Below, one piece after another: positions 36,592 to 47,532 of a stretch of 64,000 nt of DNA. The notes under the pieces are model-generated. The model was not told the DNA's origin, ran no database searches, and saw nothing but the letters and a program-made list of their open reading frames with translations. Source of the stretch: Selaginella moellendorffii (taxonomy: Eukaryota; Plantae; Lycopodiophyta); NCBI RefSeq assembly GCF_000143415.4, contig NW_003314301.1, forward strand, positions 282,259-346,258, given 5' to 3'. The translations under genes and the position numbers were made by a program. The first letter of the stretch is position 1, and every line of letters begins with the position of its first letter.

Positions 36592-38055
36592 ATGTTAATC
36601 AAATATTCAGAATGTTAAAAAATATATTATATACTTAGAAATATTTATGATATTTTGAACAGTTATAGTATAGATATCCAAAAGCTGGATAGTTAATAAA
36701 AAAAACATAAATGTATGTAATAGTCAATATTAAAAAACTTCTCAATAATAGTTGAGTTGTAATCATAATTCTTACAATTATTTATTTTTAATATAATTAA
36801 AATTTTCAACTAATGTGATAAATTTTTTACGTAATACATAAATTATTTATATAAAAATTAATTATGATGCTTAGCTTTAAATAAGTGATGATACTTCTGT
36901 CATTTAGAAGTGTTGATAACTATTTATATCAAATATTATATTATATACATAAAAAATCTATATATTCTATGAAAAGTTAAAAATAATTCTTAAAACATTT
37001 CTCCTTATAGTGCATAGATTTTGCATTTGGTTGTACATATATTTTTTAATGTTGTTAAAACTTTTGAAATATTACTATCAATTGACAAAAAAGTTAAAAA
37101 AATAATTTCATTATATAAATTTTTTAAATTTAATGTGTTAAAAATAAAACAATTTATGCTAGACTTTTAATAAAATATTATATAATAAATTAATTTTTAT
37201 TTAAAATATAGTGTTTATGGAATGTTATATGGGAATTCATTTTTTAAAAATTATGTTACGATCCAATATTAGTAAATAAAATGAAGAAAAATAAAATAAA
37301 ACAAAACTTATCAAATTAATTAATATTTTATTTAAATTTTAAATTTTAAAAATAAATAAACAAGCTATCGACTCAATGAGAATTGTTGTGACTGTCTAAC
37401 CTTACACTAGAATTTTTCAATTATTTTATATATAATAATTTAAAACAAATATCTTTAAGTTTTTGAAATTTAAATTTAAATTTAAATGTATTATATACAT
37501 AATAAATCCGGAATTTAGCTAGCAAAATATTCAGGAAAAATATTATATAATCAAACAGTTTTTTTATGCAACAACAGAAAAACATAACTTTTCTTTTGTA
37601 ATGAGTCATGGAAGTGATGATGGTGATCTTGCGTGGTGGAAACCTGACTATTAGGACCATCACAGATGGTGGTGCTTCCTTAGATTTTTAAGGAATGCTT
37701 CCTGTGCCGATTGAAGTAGGCGCAACTTTAGATGTCTGCATTAACATCTACAACTCTCAAGGAACAATGAGCTGTATGTGTAAATCCATCACATATTATT
37801 AACAGCAGGTTTTATTCATTTCAGATGCTAGGCGAGCAATTGTACCCACTGGTGGACATAGAACATGACCACACATGGCCAACGTGACCGTCATGCTTTT
37901 TGGAGATGGACCACATGGAGGTTTTACATCTGATTGAGTGACCAGAGGATCTGAAGGCTATGGCCATGGAAGTGTTGAGGAAGGCCAAACTTTTTCAATG
38001 AGGCCTTTGCTAGCTTTAGTTGAAGGATTCTATTGTTTAATTCGTCTGTGTTCTG

Positions 38056-39139
38056 CTAGCCATAGTGAAGCTTTGCAACTTTGAGAAGATACTCCAACAG
38101 GATGGCAGGCTTGCTGAAGAATGGGCTGTGATCGGAATGAACATGCAAAACCCATTTCAGTGGATTGTACTTGATCATCAAATCCTGCAGCTTGGGTGAA
38201 ATCAGCTTGTCTTGTGTTGTCTTCACGAAGTACCTCGGAATTGATACATACTTCTCCCGTGAGAGCTCAGCACTGTGGTGCTTGAAAAGTGGGCGAGGTT
38301 TCAACAGCAACTTTGCTAAAATTACATCTTTGGATGGAGAAAGGTGGTAGAGCACGTCTTCTACTACGTAGAGCTTGAATGCCACAGCAACAGGGGTCTT
38401 TGATCCATTGGAGTAGAAGTACACTTTGCTGTTTTGTACCGCCATGTTGTTAGTAATAACCTGTAAGTTGACAGCAATTGAACACTTATAAGCATCCACT
38501 TTGCTGCTGCTCTTGATGTATCTATAGAACAGCTTTGGCAAAAAAAGAACAGAAATGAAATCAAGCAAGAGTTTTATATGAATTTAACAATATCAAAACA
38601 ATATACCTGGTTGTAAACAAAAGTTCCGTTGGAGCCCCTTGGAAACATATTTGCAGCCACAAACATAGCAGCTGCAATTTGGTGAGGGTCCTTTCCATCA
38701 CATAGGTGAGACTGTCACCTCCGAGACTGTGACCAACCAAGATGATCTGCAGTAACAGTACTTGTTTTGGGTGAAGACCAGCAATAAAACATCAATATCA
38801 GGTTTGCAATGTTAGTTACCTTGTGGCCACGCGGCACCGATCGGAGGCGGGCCGGAGTATTGCTCCAGGCTGGTCACAGACCGGCGATCAACTCCGTTGA
38901 TCCCCGCGCTGGTCAAGTCAACGGCGCTGACCATGTGGCCTCGCTTCTGTAGTTGATGTACCAGCACCAAGCGCCGTGGCTTGCTCCATGAACAAGAACA
39001 AATGGGAACTGGCATTCTGCTGCTGACTTGCTTTTTGGATTTTTGATGCTGTGGAAGTACCAATTAGATTGCCGCCGTTGCAGAAGAATGATCCGAACAA
39101 TCCAAAGAGTAGCAGCAACAACACTGCAGCCTGATGCAT
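38056..39139 (-). pseudogene. Methylesterase (MES/SABP2-like alpha/beta hydrolase) with N-terminal signal peptide, frameshifted
   Basis: Three exons (39139-~38819, 38746-38607, 38460-38056); VHGA, AVDLTSAG, GHSLGG, QDKLI, DHSPFFSKP; frameshifts in exons 1 and 2. Confidence 0.88.
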
Positions 39140-40243
39140 CTCCTTAGTGCACTCAACGAGATTCTCACCAAATTGGAGAAGCTGAACAAGCTGCTGCTTA
39201 CCCTTGAATCAAAGGGCAATTGCTACACCAAAAAAAGAGATGTTGGAGCTGTCAACGTGGAAAGCAAGGGAGCAAACTGTAAGGCTTTTTCTTTCAATTT
39301 ATGATAAAATATGGCAATTCCAATTTACCACGAGGGTCTCTTCAAGCTTAACAGCACAAGCTTGGTTAAGAGTATCTGCAATAGTAATGTTGTCCCCAAA
39401 CATGGAAAGCGCATGGTTAGGCGTTTACTAGGCTAGGAACAAACGGTTGACACTCTTTCTAATAGTAAGAAGCTGCCAAGTCAGACCAAGTCACAGTTAC
39501 CCAATGTCCAGGTCAACAGCCTCCTTGATGGGCGGGCAGGCCTGAATCGAGCTTCACCCTCGAGCAGCACACTCCATGGATCTAGCCACCAGCGGTGTCA
39601 TCCATCCGGCATGGCCGCTCCAAGAGCTTTATACCAAGAAGTTGATCTATAATAATCTTGACTTTAATTTATCAAATTGAAAATAAATAAAAGAAAAGAA
39701 AATAAATTTGACAACTAAACTTGACCATATACCTTTTAAAAAATTCTAGATTATTCATTTCAATCAAAATACATTATTCATTTATAAATATTAATAAACA
39801 AAAAAACATAAGTGTACTTTGAAATTATGCTAGATAAACTGTATACTAGTTTAAGAGAAACAAACAAAAAACTTTGGTAAATAACGAATATACTAATCGA
39901 AATATAGTTTATCTCTGGTTTCTACTGCATCTTTTGTGAAATCTGTAATTAAGGAACCTTCTAGACGTCAAACGTTCAAGTTGGTAAGACCAATAAATTG
40001 AGATGACTATATGGACAACGTGCACCGTATAAAACAACAAGATTTCTCTCCAAGTATGTGGCTACGTGTGTAAGGTACAGAATACGGATCACACGGAAAT
40101 AGAAAACGTGAAATATGATCTCTGATAGCTCTGATAGTATAAAAGACCCTTCTCCAGCCTCTGTTTCCTCAACCCACAGAGGAATAGAAAACATTCTCCA
40201 ATCAAGTTGATCAGATTGATCAGACAGTTTTCACCATTTCGAA
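39140..40243. promoter_or_regulatory. Head-to-head intergenic (putative bidirectional promoter) region between MES and the oxygenase
   Basis: Homologous region lies upstream of all three intact oxygenase copies; TATAAAA about 105 nt before the ATG (40138; also 15940 and 22791). Confidence 0.55.
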
Positions 40244-40593
40244 ATGGCTGCAATCGTGTTGATGATTCCGTTTCCCGTGATGGCTGCAGCATGGAAGATG
40301 GTGTGTATCCACAAGAGAGAAGAGAGGGCACGATTTCTAGCGTTGCTCCACCCCAGGTACATGTACTCAGTGAAATTCCCCTTCCTCTTGCAAAAGGCAC
40401 TCGAGTTTGGCACAATCCACACGCTCGGCATCCCGGGGATCATAAATTTGCTCTTCAAGACCAAGTATGGCTTCAAGGACCCACAGCAGCGTGCTGTCGA
40501 GGCCAACATTGTGGTGAGCGAGATGATCCACCACCATGTTGACAGTGATCGTGGCTCATACGCAGTGAGCAGATTGAATGGAATCCATAACAA
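40244..40593 (+). pseudogene. Truncated oxygenase copy (left hairpin arm)
   Basis: Matches the first ~125 codons with a 24-nt deletion (HPVRDAHKILWY->HPRY) and many transitions. Confidence 0.92.
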
Positions 40594-41002
40594 TGGGGCT
40601 GACCACGTTGAGGCAGAGGGCGTAGGCGAATTGGTCGTTTGGGATCTTGAATTTGTTGTGGATTCCACTCAATCTTCTCACCGCATACGAGCTGTGATCA
40701 CTGTCAACGTGGTGGTGGATCATCTTGCTCACCAGAATGTTGGTCTCGGCAGCACACTTCTGTGGATCCTTGAGGCCGTACTTGGTCTTGAAGAGCAGAT
40801 TTGTGATCCCCAGGATGCCACGTGTGTGGATTGTGCCAAACTCGAGCACCTTTTGCGAGAGGAAGGGGAATTCCACTGAGTACATGTACCTGGGGTGGAG
40901 CAACGCTAGAAATCGTGCCCTCTCTTCTCTCTTGCGGATACACACCATCTTCCATGCTGCAGCCAATATGAGAAACACAATCATCAACACGATTGCAGCC
41001 AT
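40591..41002 (-). pseudogene. Truncated oxygenase copy (right hairpin arm plus loop)
   Basis: Same 24-nt deletion; extends to ..NVVSPI and joins the left arm through a shared CAA. Confidence 0.92.
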
Positions 41003-41258
41003 GTTGAAATGGTGATGTTTATAAATTATAAATACAAGATTAATTTAAATAAATAATAACCATTAAATGGTAAAATATCCTAAAATATCCAAGCATATTT
41101 TAAATATATTCAAGTTAAACCAAAAAGCCTTACCTTTCCTCAACATCTCTTTTTTAAAATATATGATTGGTGTAGCAATTGCCCTTTGATTCAAGGGTAT
41201 GCAGCAGCTTGCTCAGCTTTTCCAATTTGGTGAGAATCTTGTTGAGTGCACTAAGGAG

Positions 41259-41572
41259 ATGCATCAGGCTGCAGTGTTGCTGCTTCTACTCTTTGGATTG
41301 TTCGGATCATTCGTCTGCAACAGTGGCAATCTAATTGGTACTTCCACAGCATCAACAATCCAAACAGCAAGTCAGCAGCAGAATGCCAGTTCCCATTTTG
41401 TTTTTGTTCATGGAGCAGGCCACGGCCACGGTGCTCGTACAAGGTAATCGATCAACTACAGAAGCGAGGCCACATGGTCAGCGCCGTTGACTTGACCAGC
41501 GCGGGGATCAACGGAGTTGATCGCCGGTCTGTGACCAGCCTGGAGCAATACTCCGGCCCGCCTCCGATCGGG
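41259..41572 (+). pseudogene. Inverted duplicate of MES exon 1, truncated
   Basis: MHQAAVLLLLLFG...HFVFVHGAGHG, then MVSAVDLTSAGING; ends at a ~30-bp TRIM-LTR scrap (GCTATTTTATCCCCATTTATCC). Confidence 0.85.
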
Positions 41573-43199
41573 CTATTTTATCCCCATTTATCCTTCCATG
41601 GCCATAGCAAACCTCCATTAGGAAAGCATGCCCGTCACGTTGGCCATGCGTGGTCATGTTCTATGTCCACCAGTGGGTACAACTGCTCGCCCGGCATCTG
41701 AAATGAATAAAACCTGTTGTTAATAATCTTTGATGGAAACAAAAGAATCTATTCTAATGTGGACATTTGAAGTTGCCCCTACTTCAATTGGCACAGGAAT
41801 CATTCAGGGAGCACCACTAGTTCTAATAGTTAGGTTCCCACCACACAAAATCACTATCATCACTTCCATAACTCATTACAAAAGAAAAGATTTTTTTATC
41901 TTTGGCTAAAAAATCTATTTGATTTTTTTCCTCAATATGTTTTAGCTAAATTTCTGTTTTATCATGTATGAAATACATTTTTAATTTTAATTTTAACTTT
42001 AATTTTAAAATTATAAATCTCAAAAATATTTTTAATGTATTATATATATAAAAATATTAAAAATAGGTCTAGTTTAAAGGAAGACACTCACAGTAATTCT
42101 CATTAAGTTAATAGATTGTTTATTTATTTTAAATTTCAAATTTTAAATTAAATATTAGTTAAGTTCATAAGTTTTATTTGAGTTTTACTTTCTTCACTTC
42201 TTTACTAATATTGGATAATAGCGTAAATTTTATTGAAGAAAACTCCCACATAAAATTTCATAGATACCTTTTTAAATAATAAATAATTTATTACATACTA
42301 TTTTATTAAAAGTCTAGTATAAATCATTAATATTTATAAAATATTAAATTTAAGAATTTTATATAATGACATTATTTTTTCTTTACTTTTTGGTGGAAGG
42401 GATTCAATATTTCAAAATTTATGACAACATTAAAAAATATATGTACACTCAAATGAAAACTATTTACACTATAAAGTGCAATAATAATAGAATACATATA
42501 TATTTAATTTATATAATATAATATTTTTATTAAGTAATGATCAACACTTCTAAATGACACAATATCATGACTTATGCAAACCTCAGCATTATAATTTATT
42601 TTTTGTATAATTAATTTATTTATTATTTAGAAAATTTTATCATATTAATTAATGTTTTTAATTATATTAAAAATAATATTTTGTAAGAATTATGATTACA
42701 ACTCAATTACTATTTACAATTTTTGTAACATTGAGTATTGTATACATTTGTTTTTTTAATATCCAACTTTTTTATATCAATACTATAAATTTTCAAAAAA
42801 TCATAATTTTTTCTAAGTATGTAATATAACTTTTAACATTATCTTAAAATTTTATAAATTAAAGGAACATTTCTAAAATTTTGCATAAATCAACAGCATA
42901 CCTCTTACAATCTAGGGATATTTGCTACTTCCCAGGAAAATTTTTATTCCAAGTCTCTTTAAGACCACTTAAAACTATTTTGTTTAACAATTTCTTTACT
43001 TTGCGACCCACCCTAGGTGCACTTCTCCTTTTGGGATACCTTCTTCAAATTTTATAGAACTTAATTAGAACATATTATATTTCTCCTTCTTATTCTTTAA
43101 TACTTGTACATATTCATAAAATGTAGCCACTAGTACATAGTGTTGTATAGTGTGAAATGATTTTTGTGGCTAAATTTTTATTATGTAAGCATATAAAAT

Positions 43200-43960
43200 G
43201 GCATAACATGTTTTGAGCCCTAAGAGACTTCAAATATATGTGAGTTTAAATTTCTTAAACACATATCTTTAAACGTGACTGTTTTTTTCAAGCCATGGGC
43301 ATGCTTGCCACATTTGCATTATTTTATACACATCCTCATCAGGTAAGAATTCTTAATGCACCAGCTCATGCAAAATCCAAGTCAGTGAGTAAGGAGCCAA
43401 GTGAGAAGAAATCCTGCTGGCCCTAAAGGGAACTCTTGCTGGCCTACTTGCTCTATGAGACATCAAGTAGCAATTCAATCAAGCTAAGTGTCCACTTGCC
43501 GGCTGCTGTCGACTAATTTGGCAATACTATTGCTGCTTCATTAGGGCTCCTGACATTGTGGAGAGCACACAGTGCTCAAGCTCTTCACCAAGAATGAGGG
43601 TTTGATCCAAGGGAGTAGAATTGCAGCAGTAGTAGGAGGCAGGCCTTCGATGAGATTATCAGCAGATTGAAGCATTGTATGACGTGCTGGGCTCTAGCTG
43701 TTGGGTAGCATGTTTGACACGATTTAGCAATCAACATAGCATCTGAAAGCAACATAGTAACATAGAGATTCTCTACTATGTTCTTGGGAAGTTTGGGGAG
43801 GCTCATGAGGGTGGGTGGATCACCTGATCAGGCTTGTTTCGTGCTTTGCATGTTTTGTACAAGTTCACATACTTGCACACGTGGCATCAAATGTCTTGCC
43901 AATATTATAATGCATATAATCATGTTTTAATTGCTATATTAAAAATTAATTCTTAAAACT
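43200..43960 (-). repeat. Dispersed repeat with possible degenerate PPR-like coding remnant; diverged direct copy at ~56800-57540
   Basis: Shared blocks TTTTTTTCAAG..GGCATGC.TTGCCACAT, CTCTTCACCAAGAA..GTTTG.TC.A.GGGAGTAGAAT, and AATATTATAAT.CA.A.AAT..GTTT..ATTGCTAT. Confidence 0.5.
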
Positions 43961-44376
43961 TATGAACCAAAACTTCCATTGGATTTGTATATTTGTTTCC
44001 AATCTAAATTTATATGGCACTTAACACTGAATTAAAATATGAAAAGCTTATATGTCCACTTTGATGGATAGCATAACGAACCTTGTATTTGGCTTCGAGT
44101 CTAGTCTGTAGAAAGACTTACACCAAGAAGTAACTATTCCCCTTGAGGCAGTGTCATTGCAATCTTGCTCCGAGAAGAAACCATTTCGAGATCCAGACTC
44201 TGATTTGTGTGAGGACTGTATTTCAAGAGTCTGACCATATAAGCTGGATCTTCTTTTTGTCTCCAGGATTGGATGTTGCTTGAGATGTGAGCTGCACTGT
44301 TCCTATATTGACTATCGACGAAGCTTTGGACATGTATGTCATGACCACGAGAATGCATGTTAGATATATATATACA

Positions 44377-44465
44377 TCATTCTTGGATGTCAAGAATTCA
44401 CTGAAAGTGTGCAAACATATATATGTTTGCACCCTTTCAGGTGAATTCTTGACATCCAAGAATGA
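44377..44465. repeat. Near-perfect 89-nt hairpin (candidate MIRNA precursor or MITE remnant)
   Basis: TCATTCTTGGATGTCAAGAATTCAC-TGAAAGTGTGCAAACATA pairs with TATGTTTGCACCCTTTCAGGTGAATTCTTGACATCCAAGAATGA (one mismatch, one bulge). Confidence 0.85.
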
Positions 44466-44512
44466 CTACATACAGGTATATTCGAGTGTATTCTAGTTGA
44501 TTAACATATATT

Positions 44513-44578
44513 TCACTGCTAGTCTAGTGGAATAGCTCCCTGCCACAAAACAGACCCGGGTTCAATTTGGAAACGCTA
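44513..44578 (+). pseudogene. tRNA-Gly(GCC) pseudogene
   Basis: GTCTAGTGG-AATAG.TCCCTGCCAC...ACAGACCCGGGTTCAATT resembles plant cytosolic tRNA-Gly-GCC; D-loop deletion, broken anticodon and acceptor stems. Confidence 0.7.
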
Positions 44579-45216
44579 TGTTGTTTAGTCCTACAGCAGT
44601 TTTGTTGTCCTGCTGACACATTGTGTGCAACCTTGTTTGACACACAGAGTTCACAGTTTTTACCATCCTGCAATTTCTGACACATGTTATATGATGTGGA
44701 TTAGTGAGTCTCAGTGCAAATATCTACCATTTGGCCAGCTGCTGAGCTTCCCATTTCTTTGAAGTTGAGACAAGAATGACATGTCCTCACGCTACAAAGT
44801 AAACGACATTAAACAATACGACATAAACTATGTGCTCGGGATTTGTCAAGTGTGATCACTCCTCCCATCCTTGCAAGAAGTCTTCACATTTGTCGAGCCA
44901 TGAGACCACAATGCAATGGATGCAAATGAAAACTCCCCCAGCAACTATTAAGTGCTTGGCAACTATTAAAGTGCTTGGCAAAAAGCCTTTTACTAAGTTA
45001 GTCACAATCAACAATTCGCCTTCCATCACACGCAAGGGTTTTAAGTATATTCTGTAATTTAGGGTTTATACGGCATTGACAAGGTCTTTTTTCACGCGCT
45101 TTTAACTCCTTGATCTTGTCAATGCCGGACACTAGACACGACGCGAGGCAAAGTCTGACCCCCCGGGCACTGCTTAAATCTCTCAATCCCTAATCTTCCT
45201 GGAAAGAAGAAGAACC

Positions 45217-46302
45217 ATGGCAAATCGAGTGTTCTTCCTCGCATTCTTCCACTTCGCAATCATTGTGGGCTTCTCCTCGGGGCTCGACACCGCCATTCTA
45301 GCCGATCTTCCCACCAGCAATCTCGCCGGGGCGTGGGCGGATCTCCTCTCGCTCGTCGACGCACACAAGGGCGATTCCAAGCCCGCGATCCAGAAGCTCA
45401 AATCTTACTTCGTGGATTTCGGCTACCTCGGCAACTCCACTCTCACTGCCGATCTCTCCTTCGATGACGCGCTAGAGGCCGCCGTGAGGCTCTACCAGCA
45501 GAATTTCCACCTCCCGGTCACCGGGAACCTCGATTCCGCCACAATAGCCCAGCTCGTCACGCCCAGATGCGGTGGAATCGACGTGGATCCCAGCGGCGTC
45601 TCGCAAATGCTCCAGAATCTCACCCATCCCGGCACTTCCCATTTCGTCAAGCACTACTCCTTCTTCCCAGGAACGCCCAGATGGGTCTCCAAGCGATCGC
45701 TCACTTACGCATTCGATCAATCCACGACGTCGCTGGCCTCTGGAATCCCCCTGAATTCTCTCCGGACGGCCTTTAGCAGGGGATTCCAGCGCTGGGCGAA
45801 CATCGTCCCTCTCACATTCACAGAGACCTCGTCGATCTCCTCCGCGGACATCGTCATCGCGTTCGCGGGCTTCGATCACGGCGACCGGCATCCATTCGAT
45901 GGGCAAATGGGCGTTCTAGCTCACGCATTCGCTCCCGAGGATGGGCGATTCCACCTCGACTCCTCCGAGTCCTGGAGCGTCAATGTTCGATCCGCGACGT
46001 CGCTGGCCGCGATCGATCTGGAATCCGTGGTGACCCACGAGATTGGACACCTGATCGGGCTGGGCCACTCGGGCGATTCCGCGGCGATCATGTTTCCCAG
46101 CATCGCTCCTCGGCAGATCAAGACAGCGTTTGGACAGGACGATATCGACGGCGCACAGGCGCTGTACGGAGCCAATCCAAACTTCGTGCCGGGCTCGACC
46201 ACCGGTACGGACTCAAACGTCCAGAGTTCGAGCTCGTGGAAGGCCACGTTTTCTTGTTGGCATTTGCTTGTCCTCCTTGTCCTTGCCAAGATTCTTTTAT
46301 AG
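45217..46302 (+). CDS. Plant matrix metalloproteinase (M10A), intronless, probable GPI anchor
   Basis: Signal peptide, PGBD-like prodomain, cysteine switch PRCGGID, HEIGHLIGLGH zinc motif, Met-turn AIMFP, hydrophobic C-terminus. Confidence 0.95.
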   Translation: MANRVFFLAFFHFAIIVGFSSGLDTAILADLPTSNLAGAWADLLSLVDAHKGDSKPAIQKLKSYFVDFGYLGNSTLTADLSFDDALEAAVRLYQQNFHLPVTGNLDSATIAQLVTPRCGGIDVDPSGVSQMLQNLTHPGTSHFVKHYSFFPGTPRWVSKRSLTYAFDQSTTSLASGIPLNSLRTAFSRGFQRWANIVPLTFTETSSISSADIVIAFAGFDHGDRHPFDGQMGVLAHAFAPEDGRFHLDSSESWSVNVRSATSLAAIDLESVVTHEIGHLIGLGHSGDSAAIMFPSIAPRQIKTAFGQDDIDGAQALYGANPNFVPGSTTGTDSNVQSSSSWKATFSCWHLLVLLVLAKILL

Positions 46303-46328
46303 CAATAGAAAGATTCTTTCCGGGTTTG

Positions 46329-47531
46329 ATGATTCTAGGGCTCCTCCCACCGGTAGAGCGCCTTCTCGGGGTGGCGATTCCTTGCGCCGGCGCTGCCGCC
46401 GGATTCAATGCGGCATTGCTAGCATGGCAGGTGCGATCGCTGCTGCGAGCTGTGAATCGGGAAATTTATCGGGGATTTCTTGCGGATTTCTAGTGTGCAG
46501 GGAAGGCATTCCGGGTTTCTTGCGCTACCCCTGTTGCCGGATCGCTGCTGGGAGGCGTGGCGGTGGCATCGGCCTCGGTTCTCGCAGCTCAGGTTCTCGT
46601 TAATCAATTTCAGTCATAGATTTCTTTGATTCTTAGAGCTCTCTTTGCAACGCAGGTAGCGTTTGCGCTGGAATCTATTGTAGAAGAGGGCAATGGCAAG
46701 AGCCGGAAGAGGAAATTGCCGAGTGTTGGCGATCTAGTTCTTCATGCGGCAGTGGGCATGGTTTTGTTTAAGGTTTGCTTGGAAATTTTCATAGACTAGA
46801 CAATGTAGCCTACTGTTCATACAGATACTTGGCGGGCACTACAGGAATGTGATGCCAAGTAGCTTAAGCCATCCTGGAGCACTCTCACGATACTCAGTGC
46901 CTGGTCAGTTTGCCTCCTTTGATTTTTTCTCTCTGTCCCTCTCGTGCTGATTATTCTTTGGTCAGCTAGAGGATCAAGGTACGCAGGCGATGTAGAAGCA
47001 CAGCTCGTAAGAGACTTGTTTAGCAAGTATGGTTGTCATCACTGTGGAAGCTACAAAGGGACCAGGTACTCTCAATTTCCCTGGAGCTGACATTCACTCG
47101 TGAATTATTTTCTTAGCATAGCAGATCATATGCCACCCAACGTCGTGATGAAGAACAAGGTCGCCGAGAAACTGAGAATACTGAAAAAATTCAACTTTTC
47201 ACTTGCCAAGCATGTATTCAACATGGTCCATAAGCTCGAGTTGCAACGGTTCTACCCGCAGTGCGAAGCGTGTATGAGAAAGCAGGGTGGAGCTTTAAGG
47301 CAAGGCAAAAACGAGCTCGTCTACCATTTTAGAGTTGGCTTCCCAGAGGTAAATAAGTATTTCAACGCCACAAAGAATTATTTTTGTGTTTTTTGTTGCA
47401 GCCTCCATATCTCACAGGTTTTTTTCTCAGTGCTCTCAAGCTAGAGGACAATAACCAGGTAGAAACCTCACGAAAAATTGGCGACAGTTTACTCATCCAT
47501 GGTTTAAATACAGGGTACAGACAAAAAATGA
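46329..47531 (+). CDS. Spliced membrane protein with C-terminal HNH/His-Me-finger-like domain (not captured by the ORF track)
   Basis: GT-AG exons in phase: 46329-46430, 46494-46592, 46656-46772, 46825-46903, 46966-47065, 47117-47348, 47402-47458, then 47514-47531 (or read-through to 47566). Motifs GCHHCG, IADHMPP, QRFYPQCEACMRKQGG. Confidence 0.8.
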
Positions 47532-47532
47532 A

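Larger units (their letters stand above)
36600..42845. repeat. Large imperfect palindrome centred at ~40.6 kb
   Basis: Arm pairs: 36600-37890 with 41630-42845; 38835-39240 with 41140-41572; 40221-40593 with 40664-41015. Confidence 0.9.

Noticed and set aside
40244-40879. 211-aa ORF reading through the hairpin junction as a new chimeric protein
   Set aside because: The second half is antisense oxygenase sequence that is also open in the intact copies; nothing indicates selection.
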